Part shown: piece by piece, positions 11,801 through 20,838 of the stretch | Layout: each line of letters opens with the position of its first letter | Numbering within the stretch: position 1 is the stretch's first letter | Assembly: GCA_965197905.1 (NCBI GenBank) | Contig: CBDAOB010000005.1 | Location: forward strand, 2,208,001 to 2,272,000 | Direction of reading: 5' to 3' | Length of the DNA: 64,000 nt | Source: Candidatus Latescibacterota bacterium | GTDB lineage: Bacteria; Latescibacterota; UBA2968; UBA8231 | Translations under genes and position numbers: made by a program | The notes under the pieces: model-generated | Databases searched by the model: none | What the model was told of the DNA's origin: nothing | The model's input: only the letters and a program-made list of their open reading frames with translations

Positions 11801-11881
11801 AAAAACGCCTTTCCAGTTCGCATCGAAGTGACAAAACATCCCGAACTCGGCTCGCAAATCGAAGTCATTCGCGCTGGGTGA
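8825..11881 (+). CDS. sbcC: SMC-family ATPase SbcC (Rad50-like)
   Basis: Walker A GENGHGKS, long coiled coil, CPLC zinc hook, FSGGE signature, IVDEGFGTQD Walker B, VVTH. Confidence 0.93.
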   Translation: MVPLSLSLRNFLSYGERPTVLDFSQFGVACLSGENGHGKSALLDAITFALWGEARKGRSERKPDEGLLRAGATEMRVEFCFDIDGDRYRIIRSYRRGGRGGSSQVDLQIYSPAHRAYRSLTEGSSNTRTQERIGQILSMDYETFINSAFIVQGRINEFSNKDAGQRKRILGEILGLSRYDRMQEQARQRLSRANGLVDILEKRRVELDSALTGWDELQSQMVRLDEGLAALAATIETDERRLLEARTGLARRAQMERQRETLVQDKNELERRRRELVILSGDLKTQILDDSVLIGASEQIEERYARYQRLDRQECGLRGAAARYRQLESEYRQVEGELSAKRRHADKNRGFCAAKVQSLSQQLEMFRQALGARTAVEEKCEELAVARREDELMQSKRSARDRLDREQERLSQQIEMEVRRLTDSVATIRKRESQVRLRIQTSTSVEEEKRLLEQRIGSLKQLERERESIREQGTELRFQLAAAERQLSGLQTSVNEIREKTGILDRSNEANCPLCGSKLDDEHELQLRNELQKSENELQLRVAGQSDEYDQKKGRVEKLRSEFKRLEDATAPIREIETRLSQLRAEFAQAAEARKEVAELDGEAVELERRLACGEFGTELREKSRGVVDEHAKLDYSEAEHARVRERITLLAEAEVDAARLRDAVDGERKTGRALKDATQELEQAETVLEQVQYAESEQSRLQELKGMLDRLAYNPSGHDELRKDLDHLKGAEQDYSRLSSARDRNQNNTRQLERRGQELKLLCARLEAVAKSGQALDTELREMADLETAEKQVGVRLRDRRLEREGLLQTRGSLLSRREQLEELGTERETVTTEIRRVREEAWLCGRLTEAFGRDGIQALIMENTLPEIEDEANAILARLTDNRIQITIESLRDLKKGGTKETMDIKIADELGERPYDLFSGGETFRTDFALRIALSKVLARRSGTQLRTLIVDEGFGTQDSQGLEQLIQAIQHIGKDFEMVLVVTHLEQLKNAFPVRIEVTKHPELGSQIEVIRAG

Positions 11882-11905
11882 GCGAGAGATGTCAACGAGA
11901 ACATA

Positions 11906-12964
11906 ATGGCTATGAAGAGTCCCCTGTTCGAACTCACCAAATCGAGCGGAGCAACCTTTGAACAATCGGGGGAATGGGAGCTGCCACACTTCTATTCCGG
12001 GATCGCCGAAGAGTATGAAAGCGCCTTGGCAGGCGTTGTGATTCGCGATGTTTCGCCCAGCTGCCGCCTTCGGTTCAGCGGCGAGGACCACCTGGACTTT
12101 CTCCATCGGATGACTACGAACGGTTTTCTCGAAACACCGCCTGGCACAGGATTTCGAGCGGTATTCACGGATAATCGTGGCCGCATCCTCGAGGTAGGCA
12201 CATTTTATAGAGAGGAAGACGGGACGCTTGCCGTCTTGAGTCCTGGAGCTTCGCAGCGTATCCAGGAGTGGCTCGATCGCTACATCTTTGCCGAGAAGAT
12301 CGAGATGAAAGACCTAACCGAAGATACCGGCATGATCGACGTGGTAGGGAGCGGGGCGATTGAACTGGCGCGGGAGAAGCTCTCGGTCGAGCTGGCCGCA
12401 CTTGCGGCACACGATCAGGCTGTCATTGACCCAAGCGGGCTTGCTGCCGCGCGGATCGACATGGGAACCTGGATCGGATTGCGGGTATGGGGTAGTGTGG
12501 CAGATGTCGAAACCGTGTGGCACTCGGTTCTGGAGGGTGGCGGAACGCCTTGCGGAGAAGAAGCGTTTTCGATTCTCAGGATCGAAGCGGGATTTCCCTT
12601 GCAGCATCGCGAGCTGAGCGAGGATTACAATCCGTGGGAAGCGGGTCTTGCCGATGCCATCCATATGGACAAGGGCTGTTATATCGGTCAGGAGGTCGTC
12701 GCCCGGCTGGATACCTATGACAAGGTCAAGCAGCATCTGTCAGGGCTCAGGCTTGCCCCGGGCGAGCTGCCAGAACCCGGATCAGCTTTGACCGCTGGCC
12801 CACGACAGGTCGGAACGATTACCTCTACTGCGGTCTCTCCCCGGTTCGGCAACATTGCGCTGGGTTACGTTCGCAAAACGCACTGCGAGGCAGAGACTGA
12901 GCTGGAGTATCTCGCCGCCGGGAACCAGGGGAAAGCTCGAGTAACTGCTCTACCGTTTTCATGA
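11906..12964 (+). CDS. ygfZ: Folate-binding YgfZ/GcvT-family protein
   Basis: KGCYIGQE signature with an aminomethyltransferase-like N-terminus. Confidence 0.85.
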   Translation: MAMKSPLFELTKSSGATFEQSGEWELPHFYSGIAEEYESALAGVVIRDVSPSCRLRFSGEDHLDFLHRMTTNGFLETPPGTGFRAVFTDNRGRILEVGTFYREEDGTLAVLSPGASQRIQEWLDRYIFAEKIEMKDLTEDTGMIDVVGSGAIELAREKLSVELAALAAHDQAVIDPSGLAAARIDMGTWIGLRVWGSVADVETVWHSVLEGGGTPCGEEAFSILRIEAGFPLQHRELSEDYNPWEAGLADAIHMDKGCYIGQEVVARLDTYDKVKQHLSGLRLAPGELPEPGSALTAGPRQVGTITSTAVSPRFGNIALGYVRKTHCEAETELEYLAAGNQGKARVTALPFS

Positions 12965-13006
12965 GGCAAATCCAAGATGTCGGCGCCCGAGCGGCGGCTT
13001 GCAGAA

Positions 13007-14266
13007 TCAAGCGCACACCATGGGGAACACCGAGGCGCCGTGGGGTAACACGGTGACCTCGGCATCGACACCTAGATCGGCTTGGGCGGCTTTTAGCGCG
13101 GTATCGAGGTCGGCATAATGCCGGATGCCACATAACGGGCTACCGTCGGAAATCAAGTCCGAAACCAGATAGATTTGGGCCCGCTTCAGCGCGGTTGCGA
13201 CCGCCGCTGCTTTGTGCCCGCCCAGCACAAACGCTTCTTGAATTCGTACCAGGATCTGGTCCGGTGAATCCGCCTCTTCCAGCCATTCTTGAAATACAGA
13301 ATTCCCGAATCCCTCGCCGCACGCGGCAATCCAGATGATTGCGCCACCAGGTTTCACGGCGTGGATCGCGTTATCCAGCGCCTTCTGGGCCTGGTATAGG
13401 TTTAGATCGGTGGGGTAACCGCCGGCGGAAACGACGACGATGTCGGCGCTTCGCGGCACCGGCACCGAACCTCTCTCCGCCACCATCTCGCAGCCCTTCC
13501 GATGGGCTGCGGTGACCTCTCCTGCTACCGCATCGGCGATCGTGTGGTCCGCGTCGAGGACGACGTTGTACAGATAGTCCACACCCACCATACCCGCGCC
13601 TTCTTCCAGGTCTTGGCGCACCGGATTGTCCTGCAACCGTCCGGCGCTAGCACTTGGCTGCACCATCAGAGCATGATTTGCGGTGATCGTTTCTTGCGAA
13701 GCGCATCCCGGTAAGATCGCTTTTGCGCCTCCGGAAAAGCCGGCGAAGTAGTGAAACTCCAGATTCCCCAGACAGATTCGAAGATCGGCGTTCACTACGG
13801 GGGCAAAAATCTCGACCGGGGTTCCCCTCGAGGTCGTGCCGAGATGGACCACGTTCCGCGGATCGTGGTTGAGCACCTGCACCCGCCGAAACGTCTCGAT
13901 TCCAACAGCCGACTCCAGCTCCGCCGGCGACATCGCGCGGTGCAGGCCAAGGGCGATGACTATGGTCACCTGATCGTCGGCAACGCCACCCTCTTCCAAT
14001 TCGAGGAGCAGATGCGGAAGCAGCTTGGCGGATGGGCAGGGCCTGGTCAAATCGCTGGTTACGATAACCACCTGGCGACGCCCCATAGCAAGGGCGCTGA
14101 GCCGCCTAGACTCAATCGGCTCTTGAAGAGCGCGCCGCAATACGGTTTCCTCCGATTCCGATTGTTTCCTACCCTGGGAATGGAAAACGCCCACAAGGCT
14201 ATCCGTGGGAAGGGAGGCATACACTTCTCCGTGACCGTAGGGTAGCGCTATCTCCGTTGTTTTCAC
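13007..14266 (-). CDS. larA: Nickel-pincer-dependent lactate racemase family protein (LarA-like)
   Basis: SDLTRP, ALGLHR, NHDP, FHYFAGFSGGAKAILPG, SAGGYPTDLNLYQAQKAL, GGHKA; GTG start at 14266 overlaps the upstream stop (GTGA). Substrate not determinable. Confidence 0.88.
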   Translation of the reverse strand: MKTTEIALPYGHGEVYASLPTDSLVGVFHSQGRKQSESEETVLRRALQEPIESRRLSALAMGRRQVVIVTSDLTRPCPSAKLLPHLLLELEEGGVADDQVTIVIALGLHRAMSPAELESAVGIETFRRVQVLNHDPRNVVHLGTTSRGTPVEIFAPVVNADLRICLGNLEFHYFAGFSGGAKAILPGCASQETITANHALMVQPSASAGRLQDNPVRQDLEEGAGMVGVDYLYNVVLDADHTIADAVAGEVTAAHRKGCEMVAERGSVPVPRSADIVVVSAGGYPTDLNLYQAQKALDNAIHAVKPGGAIIWIAACGEGFGNSVFQEWLEEADSPDQILVRIQEAFVLGGHKAAAVATALKRAQIYLVSDLISDGSPLCGIRHYADLDTALKAAQADLGVDAEVTVLPHGASVFPMVCA

Positions 14267-17157
14267 TGCAACACCTCCACCAGCAACTCTGCCCAATGCC
14301 TCGCCCGTCTTCCCGTAGCGTCGGAGATTTGGTGCCTACACGAGGTGCCGGCCGCAACGATTTCTACCTCGGAACCAGCCTGTCGAATCGGCTCGAAGAG
14401 CCGCTCCTGCCCAATCTTCATCGACACTTCGAAATGCTCCTTCTCGTAGCCGAAGCTCCCGGCCATGCCGCAGCAACCGGAGAGGATCTCGTTCACCTCG
14501 AAATTCGGCGGTAGCTTGAGCATGTCGAGCGTCGCCGCTACCCCGTTGGCTGCCTTCTGGTGACAATGCCCATGAACCAGCACCGTTTTGGGGGTGCGCG
14601 CGAATTCGAGGCCGAGATCCCCCTTGTGGTGGAGCCCGATCAGAAAGTTTTCAAGCAGCGAGACGCTGCCGGCAACCATCTGAGCGCGCTCATCCTTCAG
14701 CAGGTCGAGATAGTCGTCCACAAACGTCGAAAGGCAGCTAGGCTCCAACCCGACGATGGTATACCCCTTCTCCACATATGGAGCGAGCAAGTCCATATTC
14801 TCGCTGGCGCGTTGCTTTGCTTTCTCCAGGAACCCGTTTGACAGCAGCGGCCGGCCGCAGCACACCTTCGCCGGAACCAGCTCCACCTGGAATCCCGCTC
14901 TCTCGAGAATGATCGTCGCGGCTATCCCGATTTGAGGTTCGTTGAACTCGACGAAGGTATCGACGAATAGTAGCAGCTTGCCGCGGCTTCCCGCGCGAAC
15001 GTGAGATCGGCCCCTGAACCACCTAGAGAAGGGAGTGCTGGCGAACGAAGGTAGCCGGCGACGGCGATCGATGCCCAAGAACTGGTCGAGCACCCACCGG
15101 TTCAGCCGATTGCCGATGATCGGATTCACCATGGGCGCTGCCTTGGACGCTATGCGGGAAAGGGTTCGAATGTGGGCGAACAGCCTCGACCTGAGTGAGT
15201 AGCCGTGATGCGCCCCGTAGTGAGCAAGGAACTCGTACTTAAACTTGGCCATGTCGACGCCCGAGGGACATTCTGCCTTGCATGCCTTGCAGGCAAGGCA
15301 GAGATCCATGGCCTGCTGGACCTCGGCTGTCGCGAGGGAGTTTGGTGTGCCCGAACTCAGAGCGCGACGCAGCGCATTGGCTCGACCCCGGGTGGAGTGC
15401 TGTTCGTCCAGGGTCGCCATATATGACGGGCACATGGTTCCTACCAGCTTTTTGCGGCAGTGGCCGACCCCCGAACAAAGCTCGACGCCCTGTTGAAAAC
15501 TCCCCTCCCGCTCGAACCGGAAGTGGGTCTTGAGGTCGGCGACATGGTAACCGGACCCGAACCGCAGGTTTTCTTCCATCCGCGGCGCTTCGACGATCTT
15601 CCCCGGATTCATGATACCAAGAGGATCGAACAGTCGCTTGACCTTGCCGAACGCCGCGGTTATCTCCGGCCCGAACATCTTCGGAATCCATTCGCTTCGG
15701 GCCAACCCATCCCCATGCTCGGCCGACATACATCCACCCAGTTCCAGAACCATAGAGCTCATGCGCTCCTGCAACAGCCGGAGCTGACCGATTCCCGCTG
15801 GTGACTTCAGGTCGATGATGGGGCGTATGTGTAATACGCCGACGCTGGCATGACCGTAATACTGGGCGGTGATACCCTGTTGCCCCATGAGCTCCTCAAC
15901 GTCGCGCACGTACTGTGGCAGACGACTAACCGGAACACAGGTATCCTCCACGCCGGGGTTCGGTTTGGCATCCCCCTTCATTCCCATGAGTAGCCCCAGA
16001 CCCGCTTTGCGAAGATCCCACATCCGCTGCTGATCTCCCGGTTCCAACGCTTTGGAAAAGGCGTATCCGTAGCCGGTAGACCGCAGGTGGTCTTCGAGTG
16101 CCTCGATCTCGCGCCACAACTCCTCTTCGTCGTTGCCGCTGTATTCGACGAACAACAGAGCGGCGGGATCTCCTCTCAGAAAATCTCTACCTGAGCGGAA
16201 TTCGATTGAATCCCTCGTCTGATCGAGCAAAATCTTGTCAACCAGTTCCACGGCTGAGGGCTGGGACGGCAGGATCTCCAGATTGGCCTCCAGCGCCTCG
16301 ATCAGATCGCGGAAATGGCAGGCGATGAGCGCGGTGTATCGCGGCAGTTCAACCAGTTTCAACCTCGCCGCGACGGCGGCACACAATGTGCCTTCTGATC
16401 CCACGACGACCTTGGTCAGGTCGAAGTCACGCTCCGCATGAATGAATTCATCTAAATTGTACCCGGACACGCGGCGCATCACCCTGGGAAAGTGCCGAGC
16501 GATATCCTCCCGGTGCTCTGTGGAGATCGCCTTCAGCTCGCGGCAGATTCGGGCCAGCAGGTCAGCCCCAGCGGCGGTGGATTCGAACTGCCGGGGTGAC
16601 AACGGTTGTAAACGGCATTGAGTCCCATCGGACAATACCACATCTATCTCCATGACGTGATCGATAGTCTTGCCGTACACGAGCGAATGGGCGCCCGACG
16701 AGTTGTTCCCGATCATGCCGCCGATATTGGCGCGGCTGGCCGTCGCCACATCGGGGGCGAACTGCAGATGATGAGGCCTCAAGAACGCGTTGAGCTCGTC
16801 GAGCACCAATCCCGGTTGCACCCGAATCCACTTTTCTGTCGGTTCGAACTCCAGAATGCTGTTCATATATTTGGAAAAATCGATGTGCAGAGCGGCGCCA
16901 ACAGATTGGCCAGCGAGGCTAGTGCCTGCACCGCGCGGCAGTATTGGCACATCCTGCTCGACGGCAAATTCTACCGCCGCGACCACGTCCGCGGCTGTCC
17001 TCGGGAACAACACGCCTCTTGGTTCGACCTCGTAAATGCTTGCATCAGTACGGTATAGGGTCTTGGTGAGGGTATCGGTACGGACCTCACCCTCTACCCC
17101 GGCTTGAAGCTTCTCCCAAGCGCTGCCCGAAGCCTGAAGATAGGTTGAGCTTTTCAT
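14263..17157 (-). CDS. FAD-binding and Fe-S-binding oxidoreductase (GlcD-GlcF fusion, YdiJ-like 2-hydroxyacid dehydrogenase)
   Basis: PRGAGTSLAGQ, GGMIGNNSSG, GSEGTL, AEHGDG, CSGVGHC...MCPS, CLACKACKAECP, CCG domains, SGCCGMAGSFG. Confidence 0.9.
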   Translation of the reverse strand: MKSSTYLQASGSAWEKLQAGVEGEVRTDTLTKTLYRTDASIYEVEPRGVLFPRTAADVVAAVEFAVEQDVPILPRGAGTSLAGQSVGAALHIDFSKYMNSILEFEPTEKWIRVQPGLVLDELNAFLRPHHLQFAPDVATASRANIGGMIGNNSSGAHSLVYGKTIDHVMEIDVVLSDGTQCRLQPLSPRQFESTAAGADLLARICRELKAISTEHREDIARHFPRVMRRVSGYNLDEFIHAERDFDLTKVVVGSEGTLCAAVAARLKLVELPRYTALIACHFRDLIEALEANLEILPSQPSAVELVDKILLDQTRDSIEFRSGRDFLRGDPAALLFVEYSGNDEEELWREIEALEDHLRSTGYGYAFSKALEPGDQQRMWDLRKAGLGLLMGMKGDAKPNPGVEDTCVPVSRLPQYVRDVEELMGQQGITAQYYGHASVGVLHIRPIIDLKSPAGIGQLRLLQERMSSMVLELGGCMSAEHGDGLARSEWIPKMFGPEITAAFGKVKRLFDPLGIMNPGKIVEAPRMEENLRFGSGYHVADLKTHFRFEREGSFQQGVELCSGVGHCRKKLVGTMCPSYMATLDEQHSTRGRANALRRALSSGTPNSLATAEVQQAMDLCLACKACKAECPSGVDMAKFKYEFLAHYGAHHGYSLRSRLFAHIRTLSRIASKAAPMVNPIIGNRLNRWVLDQFLGIDRRRRLPSFASTPFSRWFRGRSHVRAGSRGKLLLFVDTFVEFNEPQIGIAATIILERAGFQVELVPAKVCCGRPLLSNGFLEKAKQRASENMDLLAPYVEKGYTIVGLEPSCLSTFVDDYLDLLKDERAQMVAGSVSLLENFLIGLHHKGDLGLEFARTPKTVLVHGHCHQKAANGVAATLDMLKLPPNFEVNEILSGCCGMAGSFGYEKEHFEVSMKIGQERLFEPIRQAGSEVEIVAAGTSCRHQISDATGRRARHWAELLVEVLQ

Positions 17158-17366
17158 TTCGAGTCGGGAACAGAAAGTGATCGTGAACTACAAGTTCAAT
17201 CTAGTGAAGAAGTTAGGAAGAACAAGCTAAGCTCGATAGGGCTTTAGGTCAAACGGCCACACGCGGGCGGAACGCCGATTTTAGCAGACACCGGAGCTAA
17301 TGTCGATCGCCCTTGAAAAAATTCGCGGAAATGTGAAAAAAAACTAAAAAAATACCCCATATCTAG

Positions 17367-17395
17367 TTGACAAGCCAATCGTGCCACAATATCTT
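17367..17395 (+). promoter_or_regulatory. sigma70-type promoter upstream of zapA
   Basis: TTGACA-17 nt-TATCTT. Confidence 0.65.
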
Positions 17396-17490
17396 GTCTC
17401 GCACCACGTGGTTAGTGCGCAAAAGAGGGGCTTCCGGGAAATGGGGAGATCTCGGAAGTCCCCTTTTGTGTCTTGGAGGAAACCAAGCGA

Positions 17491-17814
17491 TTGGCAAATG
17501 ACAAGATCGTCAAGGTCCAGATCTTCAATCAGACCTATCCGATCAGCACCGAGAACGAGAATCCGGAATATGTAAAGCAGGTTGCCGAGTACCTCGACCG
17601 CAAAATGCACGAAGCGGCAGCCACCGTTGGTCAACGCGCCCCCCTTGACATTGCCATTCTGGCCGCCTTGAACGTTGCCGACGAAGTACTGTCGGAACGG
17701 CACAAAAAAGAGGATCTGCTCTCTGAGGCGGACAAGCGAATCGGGAACTTTGCTCGCCTGTTGGAAGATTCCTCATCCGCGGACGAAGACCCGAATCCCG
17801 AATCCCGATTATAG
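17491..17814 (+). CDS. zapA: Cell division protein ZapA
   Basis: VKVQIFNQTYPI...YVKQVAEYLDRKM...IAILAALNVADE; TTG start behind GGAGGA. Confidence 0.9.
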   Translation: MANDKIVKVQIFNQTYPISTENENPEYVKQVAEYLDRKMHEAAATVGQRAPLDIAILAALNVADEVLSERHKKEDLLSEADKRIGNFARLLEDSSSADEDPNPESRL

Positions 17815-17817
17815 AAG

Positions 17818-20091
17818 TTGAGCGCCCTCTCCGAGCGCTCATTCCTGGTCGCACTCATCCCGCTCCTGCTGCTGTGGCGCGGGTCCCACCCGTCAGAAAC
17901 CCTTGTTCTAAAAGAACTTCCTACGGTTCTACCGAGTAATTACGGCGTCCTGGGCGTGCGTCCCCGCACGGCGGGATCCGCCGTCGTGGTCGACAAAGTT
18001 CGGATCCATAGTCCCGCTGAAACGGCCGGCCTGCAGGCAGGAGACGAGATTCTCGGGGTGCTGCCGTATCGGATTCGCACACCGGATGATTTCAGTCGCT
18101 GCGTGCAGAGTCACTTGCCCGGTTCGGAGATCTCTATCCTTGTGCGGCGCAATCGGGTTGAGTCGGTTATCAAGTGCCGCGTCACCGATGTGGGCAACCT
18201 CTACTCGATGATGGGGAAGAATCACCCCACGGGCGCTCTGTCGGAGGTTTTTGGGCGGGCCACGGATCACGAAGGCGGGGTTTTCGAGGTGGAAGTAACC
18301 AGGCTACTAACGGAGCGACACGCTGGAGACACCTTCGACGGCCTTCTGGACGCCTTCGAGATGGAGCTTGGACGATACGGAGACGAGGGACGACTACCGC
18401 TCTTCCAGTTCCTCGCGCACAATCCTCTGAAAATCTCCAAATTCGTTGCGGCCACATCGAGTTCGTTGAGCTCGGCTTCGGAAATAGAAGATTACGCCGA
18501 AATGATCTTGACGGTCAGATCCCGGCCGCTACCGCGAACCTCCGCGCCGGATGCCGCTGAGAATCGCGGATTGACGCCTGTCCCCCAACTCAACGAACTC
18601 TTGTCGCGTCCTGTGATCGAGGCCAACGAAATCGTTCGTCGGGCAATGAAAGCCTTGGATCCCGGCGACCAGAATCATCTGTTGGCCCATGGGGCGTCGA
18701 TGTTGGATCGCTTCGGCAAGAGTCATTATCTAGACGAGGGCGACCGGACAGAAACCATCACTCATACTCGCAGCTTGGAGTTGCTGCAACGCGTGGACCA
18801 ACGGCTGCTGCTGACGGCGGCATCGCGCATCGCAGAGCTGGCAGCTGACTCCACAATCTACCAGATCAAAGGATGGGTCGAACCGCTGGCTTCGTTGGAT
18901 CTTGAACCGAGCTCCAGCTTCAGGGGTGAGTTCCTATTTAGATCCGTGACCCCGTACGGCACGATACTCGTTGGAGGAGATGGACCGAATTACTACGGCG
19001 CCGACGCGGCCTTGATCATCGACCTTGGGGGAGATGATATCTACCGCAACAACTGTGGCGCGCCTCCGAACGAAGGGGGCCACCGAGCCGGCTCAGTGGG
19101 TCTAATTGTCGACTTGGGCGGGAACGACCGTTATCTCACAACCGCCGTTGCTTCCATCGGCTCCGCCATTGCGGGTGTTGGGATGGTGTTTGACAAAGGG
19201 GGCGACGACATCTACGTAGGGGCAAACCTGACCCAGGGCTCCGGCGTTGGTGGTGTTGGAGTTGTCTGGGATGCATCGGGGAACGACATCTACATCGGCC
19301 ACGCGGCAGCCCAGGCCTCCGCATTTTTCGGCGTAGGGCTTTTGATTGACGAAACCGGCGACGATTTCTATTCAGCGTGGCAGATAGCACAGGGGTTTGG
19401 CGGCAGCGGAGGGATTGCACTCTTGCACGACAAGCAAGGCAACGACTTCTATCTTGCAGACGAAAAAGTTCCTTCCCTTTATGCCGGACCGAATCAGTTC
19501 AGTGGTTGGGCTCAGGGCGTCGGTTGCGGTTTCCGTGGATTTACGCCGGGCGGCCTTGGCATGTTGGTCGATCGTCAAGGTGACGACCAGTATCAGGGAG
19601 GAGACTTCTCGCAGGGCACAGGATATTTCTTTGGTCTGGGGCTGTTATACGATGGAAGGGGAAAGGACGACTACCGAGGAGGACGGTACGCTCAGGGCGC
19701 CGCCGCCCACCAGGCGATCGGCGTGGCTGTCGACGCTGCCGGCAACGACTCCTACACCGCAACGGTGGCAGCATCTCAAGGCAGCGGTTGGGATGCCTCG
19801 ATCGGGATCCTCGAAGACCGGTCAGGAAACGACCGGTACCGCTGCGGCACCCTGTGTCAGGGGGCCGGATCGATGAATGGCTTGGGCGTTCTTCTGGACC
19901 GCGAAGGTGCGGACAGCTATACTGCGTTATCGGGTCAAGGCCACGGTGGCAGCACCAGATACTGGGGCGGCCGCAATGCGAAGAATATTGGGATCCTTAT
20001 CGACTTGGAGGGGGCTGACCAGTTCGATCTGCACCCGAAAGGCGAACGAACCGGGTCGAAGACTCAATCTGGCTTATTCGTGGATCGCTGA
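17818..20091 (+). CDS. Exported or membrane-anchored PDZ-domain protein with about 12 C-terminal hhhDxxGxDxY repeats
   Basis: Hydrophobic N-terminus; GVLGVR...SPAETAGLQAGDEIL (PDZ); repeats IIDLGGDDIY, IVDLGGNDRY, VFDKGGDDIY, VWDASGNDIY, LIDETGDDFY and others. Confidence 0.75.
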   Translation: MSALSERSFLVALIPLLLLWRGSHPSETLVLKELPTVLPSNYGVLGVRPRTAGSAVVVDKVRIHSPAETAGLQAGDEILGVLPYRIRTPDDFSRCVQSHLPGSEISILVRRNRVESVIKCRVTDVGNLYSMMGKNHPTGALSEVFGRATDHEGGVFEVEVTRLLTERHAGDTFDGLLDAFEMELGRYGDEGRLPLFQFLAHNPLKISKFVAATSSSLSSASEIEDYAEMILTVRSRPLPRTSAPDAAENRGLTPVPQLNELLSRPVIEANEIVRRAMKALDPGDQNHLLAHGASMLDRFGKSHYLDEGDRTETITHTRSLELLQRVDQRLLLTAASRIAELAADSTIYQIKGWVEPLASLDLEPSSSFRGEFLFRSVTPYGTILVGGDGPNYYGADAALIIDLGGDDIYRNNCGAPPNEGGHRAGSVGLIVDLGGNDRYLTTAVASIGSAIAGVGMVFDKGGDDIYVGANLTQGSGVGGVGVVWDASGNDIYIGHAAAQASAFFGVGLLIDETGDDFYSAWQIAQGFGGSGGIALLHDKQGNDFYLADEKVPSLYAGPNQFSGWAQGVGCGFRGFTPGGLGMLVDRQGDDQYQGGDFSQGTGYFFGLGLLYDGRGKDDYRGGRYAQGAAAHQAIGVAVDAAGNDSYTATVAASQGSGWDASIGILEDRSGNDRYRCGTLCQGAGSMNGLGVLLDREGADSYTALSGQGHGGSTRYWGGRNAKNIGILIDLEGADQFDLHPKGERTGSKTQSGLFVDR

Positions 20092-20097
20092 GGAGCG

Positions 20098-20619
20098 TTA
20101 GATGGGGCGAAGGATTATAGACATCTCGCGTCCTTCCATTCGTGGCGCTTGATCGAGGACAGCTACGTCTTCCAGTTCCTGCGCAAGACCGGCGAGAACC
20201 TCCCGTCCTCTTTCCCGGTATGCCATCTGCCTGCCGCGAAAACGCATGCTCACCTTGACCCGATTGCCGTGGCTGATGAATTCGCGGATATGACCCATAC
20301 GGTATTCGATGTCGTGATCGGAGATGTTGGGACTCTTCAAGAGAATTCCCTTCATCTGCACCTGGTGCTGTTTTTTGCGTGCCTCCTTGGCTTTCTTTTC
20401 CTTGTCGTAGCGAAATTTGCCAAAGTCCATTATCCGGCAGACCGGCGGTTTCGCGTCTGGCGCGATTTCAACCAAGTCAAGCTCTGCGGTTGCTGCCATT
20501 TCCAGGGCACATGTCGTATCTATAACTCCGACCTGCGTGCCTTCCTCATCGATGAGGCGAACCTGTGGGATACGGATATCCTGGTTTACTCGTGTAAAGG
20601 TCTTTCGCTTTGAATCGAT
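20098..20619 (-). CDS. infC: Translation initiation factor IF-3 with a non-canonical start (ATC at 20619, or ATA at 20625)
   Basis: The frame continues upstream of the track's Met as IDSKRKTFTRVNQDIRIPQVRLIDEEG; DLVEIAPDAKPPVCRIMDFGKFRY and KVSMRFRGRQ motifs; GGAAGG lies 7 nt before the ATC. Confidence 0.95.
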   Translation of the reverse strand: MDSKRKTFTRVNQDIRIPQVRLIDEEGTQVGVIDTTCALEMAATAELDLVEIAPDAKPPVCRIMDFGKFRYDKEKKAKEARKKQHQVQMKGILLKSPNISDHDIEYRMGHIREFISHGNRVKVSMRFRGRQMAYRERGREVLAGLAQELEDVAVLDQAPRMEGREMSIILRPI

Positions 20620-20710
20620 AGTTATGCCTTCCCGGTGACGTGATGGTGTTTTTGGGCGCCGCCTACGTCGCCCGCCGAATCGAACTCATTCGATTCGGCG
20701 TAACTCTAAT

Positions 20711-20739
20711 ATCTTAACTTTCTTCATAGATATAATCAA
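20711..20739 (-). promoter_or_regulatory. Putative infC promoter
   Basis: TTGATT-17 nt-TAAGAT. Confidence 0.55.
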
Positions 20740-20838
20740 GGGGATTCGCCCCTCCTTCCGCATTCTTTACATGTATCGCCCGTTGGCTATCTTCCGGGGC
20801 CAGCATCCGCAATTTTCAGATACAAAAAAGGGTGAACA

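Noticed and set aside
7572..11881. SMC ATPase plus nuclease as a defence system (Wadjet/Lamassu-like)
   Set aside because: Canonical sbcD-sbcC order, Mre11 motifs and zinc hook in a housekeeping context, with no kleisin or effector genes.
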